This document shows, one piece after another, positions 33,094 to 40,556 of a DNA stretch of 41,714 bases; position 1 is the first letter of the stretch, and each line of letters opens with the position of its first letter. The notes below the pieces were generated by a model. It ran no database searches. It worked only from the letters and a program-made list of their open reading frames with translations, and was not told the DNA's origin. This DNA is from an uncultured Candidatus Saccharibacteria bacterium. GTDB taxonomy: Bacteria > Patescibacteriota > Minisyncoccia > Phycocordibacterales > Zambryskibacteraceae. The DNA lies in NCBI GenBank assembly GCA_964648835.1, contig CAZYLR010000001.1, forward strand, positions 1-41,714. Reading direction: 5' to 3'. A program made the position numbers and the translations under genes.

Positions 33094-33588
33094 CTAGTCA
33101 GATCCCCCGCCGTAAGCTTTAGCGATGCGATCAATGATATTAGTTGTCGACTGGATCCGGCCAGGAACAATTACCACTCTACCACCATTCTTGCGAACAG
33201 TCGCTGTTTCAATAAGAGTCTCTGAATCATAGTCTCCACCTTTGGTATGAATCGCTGGTTTTATTGACGCTAATAAATTTACCGGATCTGGTTCGTTAAA
33301 AATAGTTACATAATCAACACAAGCCAGCGCTGCAATGATTTCTGCACGCTGAGCTTCAGGTATGATAGGGCGAAGGTCGGATTTGTACTCTTTAACTGAA
33401 GAATCGGAGTTTACCCCGACAATAAGCACGTCTCCGAGAAACTTGCTCTGTTCGAGCATTCTTTTCTGACCAATGTGCAGAATATCAAAAGCACCGTTGG
33501 TTGTAACGATTTTTTTTCCTTGTCCTTTAAACACTTCAATAATAACAAGAAGTTCCTCCAGAGACACCACTTTTTTTGAAGTATCCAT
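33094..33588 (-). CDS. hldC: D-glycero-beta-D-manno-heptose-1-phosphate adenylyltransferase (RfaE/HldE domain II, cytidylyltransferase fold)
   Basis: KIVTTNGAFDILHIGQKRMLEQSKFLGDVLIVGVNSDSSV...KGGDY...STTNIIDRI parallels HldE-II (kvV.TNG.FDiLH.GHv.yL..Ar.lGD.LiVavNsD.S...KGGDY...STt.ii.ki). Confidence 0.85.
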   Translation of the reverse strand: MDTSKKVVSLEELLVIIEVFKGQGKKIVTTNGAFDILHIGQKRMLEQSKFLGDVLIVGVNSDSSVKEYKSDLRPIIPEAQRAEIIAALACVDYVTIFNEPDPVNLLASIKPAIHTKGGDYDSETLIETATVRKNGGRVVIVPGRIQSTTNIIDRIAKAYGGGSD

Positions 33589-33590
33589 GT

Positions 33591-34727
33591 TTAAGTGATA
33601 AATTCAATAATTTTTTGAGCCCTCTTTTCCCAAGTGTAATCATTTACTTTCGACAACGCTCTTGAGGCTTTTTCATCAGATTCTCCTTTGTGTGCTAATA
33701 CGTATTCCATGATCCGAGCTAGGTTTTCTGGGTCATCCAGTTTAAAAAAGTTGGCCATCGAATCATCCAGCACCTCCCGTATTGATGGCAAATCGGAAGC
33801 GATAATCGGAGTGCCGCTGGCCATGTATTCAAACATTTTTAACGGAGACATGTAAAGCGAGAAGTGTTTGGTGGAGGGATAATTCATAACCAGGATGTCA
33901 GACAACTTTAAATACATTGGAATATCTTTGTGAGGAACGAACATCACCAAAGAATAGTTCTCTTTGCCAATATCCCCTTTTCCCATCAGTTTCTCGAGCC
34001 CGGAGACTTCTGATTTGTTTACACCAACAATGAGTAGAAACAGGTTTGGATATTTCCCCAGCAAGCAAGAAAAGGTGGAAATCAGTTCATCTACCCCCTT
34101 CTTGCCTCCCATCGTTGTGTATTTGCCTATATACGAGACAATGAAAGCCTCTCGGGGCAAGCTGAGTTTCTCTCTAAGTTCAGTTTTAGGTGTCGAAATC
34201 TCAAAATCTTTTAAGCTAACCCCGTCGTGGGCGACTAGAATTCTTTCTTCTTTCACTCCGCGAGACATCAAAAATTTCTTTAATCCAGAGGAAATGGTTA
34301 TTAATCGAACATGGCTATTCATGACTACATTAACGAGAGGGTTCAAAGCATTGGTGTGTATTTCCAAATAAATATTACTCTTAAACAAGCTCGCGATAAA
34401 CACGAACAACTCATCTCGAGAGTAGTAAATATCGGCTCTATAAAAGAGGATCATGATTATAGAAATGAAGGTGAATGTGATTTTTTGTACCCAGAATCCT
34501 AGCCAACCAAAACGAACTAGATCAAGGGAAGGAATTTTGACGATTTTAAAATTTCTCTTGGTATGGAAATGATCAAATGGATCAGCTTTTATGATGTTAT
34601 ACCTGGTGGGTACCCATAACTCAACCTCAGTTCCAGAATCAGCGAAAGCTTCACACATTTTCATTATCTGGACCCCGTGAGCTTTACCTGTTGGAATACG
34701 GACATTCGCCACATAGACAAGTTTCAT
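33591..34727 (-). CDS. Glycosyltransferase family 4
   Basis: MKLVYVANVRIPTGKAHGVQIMKMCEAFA. The C-terminal region is SPLKMFEYMASGTPIIASDLPSIREVL. Confidence 0.8.
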   Translation of the reverse strand: MKLVYVANVRIPTGKAHGVQIMKMCEAFADSGTEVELWVPTRYNIIKADPFDHFHTKRNFKIVKIPSLDLVRFGWLGFWVQKITFTFISIIMILFYRADIYYSRDELFVFIASLFKSNIYLEIHTNALNPLVNVVMNSHVRLITISSGLKKFLMSRGVKEERILVAHDGVSLKDFEISTPKTELREKLSLPREAFIVSYIGKYTTMGGKKGVDELISTFSCLLGKYPNLFLLIVGVNKSEVSGLEKLMGKGDIGKENYSLVMFVPHKDIPMYLKLSDILVMNYPSTKHFSLYMSPLKMFEYMASGTPIIASDLPSIREVLDDSMANFFKLDDPENLARIMEYVLAHKGESDEKASRALSKVNDYTWEKRAQKIIEFIT

Positions 34728-34776
34728 AAATATTTGACTTTATTATACATCAGTTTTATAATCATCGCAATAAAGT

Positions 34777-35730
34777 ATGAGAGAGGGAAAAATGCTCGCT
34801 ATTTTTGAAGAAATTCAAAATCAATTTAATCATGCCAACGGTGGTGTATATATTCATATTGATGATTTTAAAAACTTTTATATGCCACTAATAAATTACT
34901 ATATAAATGATAGAGAGAGAAGAAGCATAGATTCATATATTATCGGCATTCAGGGACCACAAGGTGTTGGTAAAACTGTTTTTGCAACGCTGGCAAAAAC
35001 TTTTCTAAAAGCCGCTGGTTATAGAGTAGAAACTATTTCTATCGATGATTTTTATAAGTCGAATGACGAACGTCTTAAAATCTCAAAAAAATATATTGGG
35101 AACCCTTTTTATCAAATTTCAAGAGGAATGCCAGGTACTCACAACCACGAATTATTATTTGAAACGCTTAAAAAAGCTAAGGCCGCTGAAAATTTTTTTA
35201 TCCCCAGGTTTGATAAGTCGCTTATATCAGGCAGGGGGGATATAGCTAAAGATAGTACAACAATAAACAAACAACTACACTTTTTGATACTTGAAGGTTG
35301 GTGTATAAATATGCCCTCAAGAGAGGATAAATTTTTATCTTCAGTAAAAAAGAATGGGTACGTAAAAAGCATATTTAACAATATAGATCCTGGGCGCGAA
35401 CACTTTAAATTAGTCCTAAAATATCTTAAAAAATACCAAAAAATATGGCATATTTTAGACAGTAAGACTTTTATATTTGCAAAGAATATCTCGTGGACAA
35501 CAGATTGGCGCAAAGAACAGGAAAAAAAACTAGTAATGTCAAAGGGTCAAGGTATGAGTGACAAAGAAGTAAACCGATTTGTGAAACCTTTTATTCCTTT
35601 TAGTTATTTTATCTACAAGGAACTAGTTCGAAACAATAACGAAAATCATTGTTTAATAGAAGTTGGGCGTGATCATACCCCTAAGAGAATGTATATGCCA
35701 TCCAAAAAACAAAATCTAAAATTTATATGA
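34777..35730 (+). CDS. P-loop kinase of the D-glycerate 3-kinase (GLYK) / yeast TDA10 family (PRK/uridine-kinase superfamily)
   Basis: IIGIQGPQGVGKTV...ISIDDFYKSNDER...SRGMPGTHNHELL...IPRFDKSLISGRGDIA...FLILEGWCIN parallels plant, cyanobacterial and yeast GLYK/TDA10 (G.sgPQGsGKs...SiDDFYLt...l..RG.pGTHD..L...lP.yDKS...G.GDR....vilfEGW.lGF). That comparison is recalled from memory. Confidence 0.7.
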   Translation: MREGKMLAIFEEIQNQFNHANGGVYIHIDDFKNFYMPLINYYINDRERRSIDSYIIGIQGPQGVGKTVFATLAKTFLKAAGYRVETISIDDFYKSNDERLKISKKYIGNPFYQISRGMPGTHNHELLFETLKKAKAAENFFIPRFDKSLISGRGDIAKDSTTINKQLHFLILEGWCINMPSREDKFLSSVKKNGYVKSIFNNIDPGREHFKLVLKYLKKYQKIWHILDSKTFIFAKNISWTTDWRKEQEKKLVMSKGQGMSDKEVNRFVKPFIPFSYFIYKELVRNNNENHCLIEVGRDHTPKRMYMPSKKQNLKFI

Positions 35731-36437
35731 AGGCACTAATCACATCAGCAGGGCTTGGGTCTAGAATTCCTGAGCTTAAAAATACAAACAAGTCCTTGAT
35801 AAAGATTGGTAATAAAACTTTAATTTCTCGCGCTATAGATTCGTTAAACAGCCGTGGCATAAATGACATATATGTGATTACCGGCCACAATGCAAAAAAA
35901 GTGGAAAAAGAGATTACCGATAGAGCAACTCCCATTTTCAACCCTTTTTACAAAACATCAGGCATAATCGTTTCTATGTGGCTTGCAAAACAATTTCTTG
36001 AAAAAGAAGACTTCATCTTCATGACCAACGACGTACTATTCGACCCAAGACTTATCGATAGGTGTCTTATGAGCAAAAAAGATATAGTCATACCCATAGA
36101 GAGAAAGGAGGGCTACACTAAGGAAGATTCTAAAGTTATAGTACGAAAAGGTATGATAATAAAAACGGGTAAGAATCTGCCACTATCAAAAACGAGTGGA
36201 GAATTTGGACATATGGCGGTGTTTAGTAAAAAAGGAGGCCAGCAGCTATTTAACAAGATAGAGTCATTTATTCTGGAGGAAAAAATAAATTCTTACTTAA
36301 TGGATGTTTTCAACGCTTTAATCGAAGATGGGGTACACTTGTACCCCGTTGATATCACCGGCATCCCAAGAATAGAAATAGATTATATGATGGATTTAAT
36401 AAGTGCACGAAAAAAAATATTTCCGCTAATAAAATGA
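35727..36437 (+). CDS. Sugar/alcohol-phosphate nucleotidyltransferase (LicC / IPCT-like NTP_transferase)
   Basis: MKALITSAGLGSRIPELKNTNKSLIKIGNKTLISRAIDSLNSRGINDIYVITGH parallels LicC-type cytidylyltransferases (MKAiILAAGlGtRl.plT...PK.Lv.v..k.li...i..L...gi.di.iv.Gy). The start overlaps the upstream stop (ATGA). Confidence 0.75.
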   Translation: MKALITSAGLGSRIPELKNTNKSLIKIGNKTLISRAIDSLNSRGINDIYVITGHNAKKVEKEITDRATPIFNPFYKTSGIIVSMWLAKQFLEKEDFIFMTNDVLFDPRLIDRCLMSKKDIVIPIERKEGYTKEDSKVIVRKGMIIKTGKNLPLSKTSGEFGHMAVFSKKGGQQLFNKIESFILEEKINSYLMDVFNALIEDGVHLYPVDITGIPRIEIDYMMDLISARKKIFPLIK

Positions 36438-37732
36438 CATCCGAAAAAGATTTCATAATAGGAAGAAAAGACGCAAGGCCGGAAAAATACGTGGTGGTTA
36501 AATATAGATTTCAAACTCCTGGCAATTTTATAAATGCAGCGGTAGATTTATCAAAAGAACAAAGTTTCTCCTCTATCGAAGACCCTATAAAAGAAAAGGA
36601 GCTTATCAAAAGATTTGCAGCAAAAGTGATTTCAGACTCCGTAGTGGAAACAAATATCAAAAGAATTCCTGACATGCCCTCTTATATATATTCCCAAAAG
36701 GACGGACCATTTATAACGCGCGAAGTAGAACTTGCCTTTCCTATAGAGCTTTTTGGAGACAGTTTGGTGCTTCTTTTAGATACAGTAATAGGTGAAGTGC
36801 ATAATATAGCTAAATTCACCGGTCTTAAGGTGTTAGATATAGAATTTCCTAGAAGCTGGAATAAAAAGTATGGCGGACCTGTATTCGGGATAGAAGGCAT
36901 TAGAAAAATAGTTGGTAAAAAAAATGGCCCCCTGCTTATCAGCCCGGTTAAACCCTGTGTTGGCTTATCTCCCGATGAATTTGCTGGGCGTGTTAAACGA
37001 TGTTTGATGGGGGGATTTGATGGCGTAAAAGACGATGAGCTGCTTCTTGACCCCCCTTATTGCCCATTCAAAGAGCGCGTAACCAAGACAATGAGAACGG
37101 TAAAAGAGGTTGAGAAAAAAACGGGGAGGAAAAAAATCTATTTCGCGCATGTGGGAGGAGATATTGATAAAATAGATGGTCTTGTTAAATTTGCGCTAAG
37201 CAAAGGTGTTGGGGGAATTATGTTCTCTCCTCTTGTCAATGGTATCGATATAATAAGAAAATACAAAGGTAAAGTTCCAATTATTGCTCACAATAATCTT
37301 ACATATGGTATGTCTAGGCATCCATTAAATGGCGTATCTTTTCATTTGCTTATGAAAATTCAACGCCTTTGCGGAGCAGATATGGTAATTTGTCCCGCGC
37401 CTGATAGAAGTTTTTATGTCATGGATATAGAAACCCATAAGAAGAATGTACAGGCATGCACTATGGACAATGGGATGCGGAAAACTTTAGCCGGTCTTTC
37501 TGGATCACAAACCCCAGAAACATTATATAATCACTATAAAATTTTAGGACATGATGATTATGCCATATGTCCAGGAGCTGCGGTGTACGAACATCCCATG
37601 GGAATAGAGGCGGGTGCTACAAGTTTCGTTGAGGCAGTTGATGCGCTCAATAATGGTATCCTGCTTAAAAAATATGCAAAAAACCATGAGGCCTTACGAG
37701 TATCGATGAGTCACTTTGTAAAGAAAGGATGA
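36434..37732 (+). CDS. RuBisCO large-subunit-like protein (form IV-type RLP derived from form III; not a carboxylase by residue pattern)
   Basis: GPVFGIEGIRKIVGKKNGPLLISPVKPCVGLSPDEF..GGFDGVKDDELLLDPPYCPFKERV..TGRKKIYFAHV..IIAHNNLTYGMSRHPLNGVSFHLLMKIQRLCGADMVICP..HPMGIEAGATSFVEAVDA..L.KYAKNHEAL aligns by eye along its length with archaeal form III RbcL (GPAFGIEGVRK..RPIYGVVPKPKVGYSPEEF..YMKDDENL..TGEKKTWFANI..IHGHRAMHA..GISMFVLAKLYRLIGIDQLHVG..HPDGPAAGARAVRQAIDA..L.EYAKTHKEL). Confidence 0.85.
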   Translation: MTSEKDFIIGRKDARPEKYVVVKYRFQTPGNFINAAVDLSKEQSFSSIEDPIKEKELIKRFAAKVISDSVVETNIKRIPDMPSYIYSQKDGPFITREVELAFPIELFGDSLVLLLDTVIGEVHNIAKFTGLKVLDIEFPRSWNKKYGGPVFGIEGIRKIVGKKNGPLLISPVKPCVGLSPDEFAGRVKRCLMGGFDGVKDDELLLDPPYCPFKERVTKTMRTVKEVEKKTGRKKIYFAHVGGDIDKIDGLVKFALSKGVGGIMFSPLVNGIDIIRKYKGKVPIIAHNNLTYGMSRHPLNGVSFHLLMKIQRLCGADMVICPAPDRSFYVMDIETHKKNVQACTMDNGMRKTLAGLSGSQTPETLYNHYKILGHDDYAICPGAAVYEHPMGIEAGATSFVEAVDALNNGILLKKYAKNHEALRVSMSHFVKKG

Positions 37733-38232
37733 TTATGAAGCCAGAATTATTCTTAAGCTTAAGACAAAAAATCATTCTTGTCGGTGGGGATCATCATGCA
37801 CGCGACCTTTCAGAAGTTGCTTATAAATATCTTAAGAAACAAGGTTTAAATGTAAAAATGGTAACCTATAATGAAAAACTCTATGATTACATACATCAGG
37901 CAAATCTAGTAGCAAAAAAGGTTAGCGCCAACCCCGGTAAATACTGTGGCATAGTGGGCTGCAACAATGGCTTCGGAGTGACGACTGTGTGTAATAAGTA
38001 CCCGTCAGTATATGCCGTTAGATGCGACAACCAGCAACAGGCTAGAAAAGCTAGAATTATAAATTATAGCAATGTACTCACCTTTGGTGCCTCTTTTCAA
38101 AACGAACAAAAAATTAAAAAGATCATCGACCTCTGGCTTTGCACAGACTTTGAATTAAGCAAAAAAAACACAAGCAGATTGAAACGTTTATTCAAAATAG
38201 AACAGAAACTCAACAAAAGTTTCAGACATTAA
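37729..38232 (+). CDS. RpiB/LacA/LacB-family sugar-phosphate isomerase-like protein
   Basis: GIVGCNNGFGVTTVCNKYPSVYAVRCDNQQQARKARIINYSNVLTFGASF...IIDLWLCTDFE parallels RpiB (GIliCGTGiGmsIaANK..GiRAA.c.d...A...R.HNdaNvL.lG.r.....a..Iv..fL.T.Fe). The usual CGTG is replaced by CNNG. ATGA overlap with the RLP gene. Confidence 0.65.
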   Translation: MIMKPELFLSLRQKIILVGGDHHARDLSEVAYKYLKKQGLNVKMVTYNEKLYDYIHQANLVAKKVSANPGKYCGIVGCNNGFGVTTVCNKYPSVYAVRCDNQQQARKARIINYSNVLTFGASFQNEQKIKKIIDLWLCTDFELSKKNTSRLKRLFKIEQKLNKSFRH

Positions 38233-38236
38233 ATTA

Positions 38237-39475
38237 ATGATTTCAATAATTTTTAGCAAGATAACAACTTTCTCAGAGATTCTTCTAGGTTGGATTATTT
38301 ACCCACTCTCTTTCTTAACCCCACGCTCTGACAAAATATGGGTTTTCATAGGATGCCGACAAAGTAAAGAGCGAGAGCTCTTTGCTGACAATTCGAAATA
38401 TATGTTTCTTTATGTAGCACAAAATATTCCAGATATTAGGACTATTTGGATAAGTGGCGACAACCAACTGCCAAAAGTTATTAGAGGATTGGGTTATAAA
38501 GCGTATTACATATACAGCCTCCAGGGTGTCTTTTACTCTCTGCGTGCTGGCTACACTTTCGTTGACGCGTTTGTGCAGTTTAGCAACTGGAAATTCTGTG
38601 GCAGTACGAAGGTTATCCAACTTTGGCACGGAAAAAGTATGAAGAAAACCGCTTATGCAAGTCCTTACAGTTTACCTGCCGCCAGCAGACTTATTTCACC
38701 CAACCTTTTTAAAAATTATGAGTATGTTATCGCTGCATCTGAATATGCGGGCAAAATGATATCCACTGTCTTTAGAATCCCCATGGAAAAAGTCTTAATT
38801 ACCGGCTTGCCCAGACACGATGTGATGTTTAAAAAAATAAAAGGATCAGAAATCGACAGTGTTCCTGTCTTAGAGGATAAGGTCAAATCTCTTAAAAAAG
38901 CTGGGATAAATAAAATAGTTTCCTACGCACCAACATTCCGTCCTAATGCGACCAACCCATTATTTGAGAATCTTAAAAAAGGCATAGATACGTTCCAATT
39001 GGATTTAAAGATGTTGGATAGACTTTTCAGAAAGCAAAATTCTCATCTCTTCATCACACTTCATCCTAAATTTTCTTTGGATAATTACGGCACCGATGAA
39101 TTCAGGAACATAACCTTTCTGCCATCTGGTTTCGATGTTTATCTTACTCTCCCACTTTTTGACGCGCTTATCACGGATTACTCAAGCTTATTCTCGGATT
39201 TCCTTCTGTTAGACAGACCAATGGTATTTTTAGTCTATGATTTGGAGAAATATAAGGTCGAAATGGGACTCTTTGACGACTTCGATGAAATGACGCCGGG
39301 TCCAAAAGTTTTCACCAACCAGGAACTCGTAGTCGAAGTGGAGAAAGTACTTGATGGTGTAGACGAATACAAAGAGAAACGTGGCAAAATACGCCAGATT
39401 TTCTATAAAAACCCTGATGGCCATTCGGCCCAAAGATTATCAAAAATTCTTGAAGATAAACTAGACACTAAATAG
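38237..39475 (+). CDS. CDP-alcohol (glycerol/ribitol)-phosphotransferase family protein, TagF/TagB-like (Glyphos_transf)
   Basis: VIQLWHGKSMKK, VSYAPTFRPN and LITDYSSLFSDFLLLDRPMVFLVYDLEKY match TagF-family motifs (QlWHG.plK, YAPTfR, liTDYSSv.fDy..l.rPiifF.yD...Y). Confidence 0.8.
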   Translation: MISIIFSKITTFSEILLGWIIYPLSFLTPRSDKIWVFIGCRQSKERELFADNSKYMFLYVAQNIPDIRTIWISGDNQLPKVIRGLGYKAYYIYSLQGVFYSLRAGYTFVDAFVQFSNWKFCGSTKVIQLWHGKSMKKTAYASPYSLPAASRLISPNLFKNYEYVIAASEYAGKMISTVFRIPMEKVLITGLPRHDVMFKKIKGSEIDSVPVLEDKVKSLKKAGINKIVSYAPTFRPNATNPLFENLKKGIDTFQLDLKMLDRLFRKQNSHLFITLHPKFSLDNYGTDEFRNITFLPSGFDVYLTLPLFDALITDYSSLFSDFLLLDRPMVFLVYDLEKYKVEMGLFDDFDEMTPGPKVFTNQELVVEVEKVLDGVDEYKEKRGKIRQIFYKNPDGHSAQRLSKILEDKLDTK

Positions 39476-39476
39476 A

Positions 39477-40556
39477 CTAGTATTTCTCATAATATTCCAG
39501 ATACTCTTTTGCGGTTTTTTCCCAAGTCATTAAGGCGGCGAATTTTCTAGATTCCTCGCTCAATCCTTGCGCTAACTTTTCATCACTTATAATTTTGACG
39601 ATAACATCACCAGTTGCGTCCACATCTTTAGCCAGTACAAGAAAGCCATTATTACCATTTAAAACAGCATCTTCAGCTGAACTATCTTTACTTCCTATCA
39701 CTGGTAGTCCATGTGAAGCAGCTTCAAGATAAACCATGCCGAAACCTTCTACATCATTCGGCGTCTCTTGTGGCATCAGGAGAAAAAGCTTGGCTCTGGA
39801 ATAGACAAAGTCCAACTCGTCAGGTTTAAGGTCAGAATAGAAAAAGACTTTGTCTTTTACATCCAACTTCACAATAAGATCCAGAAGTTCTTTTTTATAG
39901 TCATTGTCACTAGGAATGCCCACGATCACGTAACTTAATCCCGGGATTTTTTCCAGAGACCTGGCGAAGGCACTAATCGAGTATTCGTACCCCTTTCTCC
40001 TTTTTATATAACCGACTGTAAGAATATAGGGCTCGGGTATATCCGGGATTTCTGAATGTTTGCCCGTAAATTCCTGCCCCAGACCGAGATTAATTGTGTG
40101 AATATTCAAATTCGGCATTTTCTCTTTAATTCTCTTAGAAATGTAAGAACTTATGGCAAAAACTTGCCTGGCTTTTCTATAGCCGAACTTTAAAAGAAAG
40201 TTCCTTAGAAAACTGTTCGGCGTAAATATGGCTCCGCTTCCCACGCCCGTCACAAAGACGGGCCGGCCCGTACCGATAGTGGCTAAGACCGCCAGGAATC
40301 CGTATGGGAAACCATCGAGAGCATGGACTAGGTCATACTTCTTCAGTACGCGCCTGATCTTGAAAAAGTTTTTCAAGATATCTCTTCTGTTTACCGAAAG
40401 GACATGACTTTCCCCTTTATCCGCGCCACTATCAGAAACGAGAAAATCAATCTGCCAATCTAGCCTTAGTTTGAGCACGGCATCAGCCAGATTCCGAGAA
40501 AAAATTCCTGACCCGGTATTTTTTTTGATGTCATGAGTAAAGTAACAAATTTTCAT
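39477..40556 (-). CDS. Glycosyltransferase family 4
   Basis: MKICYFTHDIKKNTGSGIFSRNLA and EGFGMVYLEAASHGLPVIGSKDSSAEDAV (the E(x7)E region). Its stop codon is 1 nt from the convergent TagF-like stop. Confidence 0.8.
   Translation of the reverse strand: MKICYFTHDIKKNTGSGIFSRNLADAVLKLRLDWQIDFLVSDSGADKGESHVLSVNRRDILKNFFKIRRVLKKYDLVHALDGFPYGFLAVLATIGTGRPVFVTGVGSGAIFTPNSFLRNFLLKFGYRKARQVFAISSYISKRIKEKMPNLNIHTINLGLGQEFTGKHSEIPDIPEPYILTVGYIKRRKGYEYSISAFARSLEKIPGLSYVIVGIPSDNDYKKELLDLIVKLDVKDKVFFYSDLKPDELDFVYSRAKLFLLMPQETPNDVEGFGMVYLEAASHGLPVIGSKDSSAEDAVLNGNNGFLVLAKDVDATGDVIVKIISDEKLAQGLSEESRKFAALMTWEKTAKEYLEYYEKY

Noticed and set aside
35139-35941. Minus-strand ORFs 35139-35513 and 35723-35941 inside the + strand operon
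   Set aside because: They are antisense to the GLYK-like kinase and nucleotidyltransferase genes, which carry clear motifs, and arise as AT-rich shadow frames.
36434-37732. A bona fide RuBisCO forming a mini-CBB module with the neighbouring PRK-superfamily kinase and RpiB-like isomerase (R5P to Ru5P to RuBP to 3PG)
   Set aside because: By-eye alignment shows loss of K177, R295, H298, H327 and the loop-6 K334 motif, all of which are needed for RuBP carboxylation. The kinase matches GLYK/TDA10 motifs rather than phosphoribulokinase. The genes are co-translated with a nucleotidyltransferase and a TagF-like transferase inside a glycan locus.
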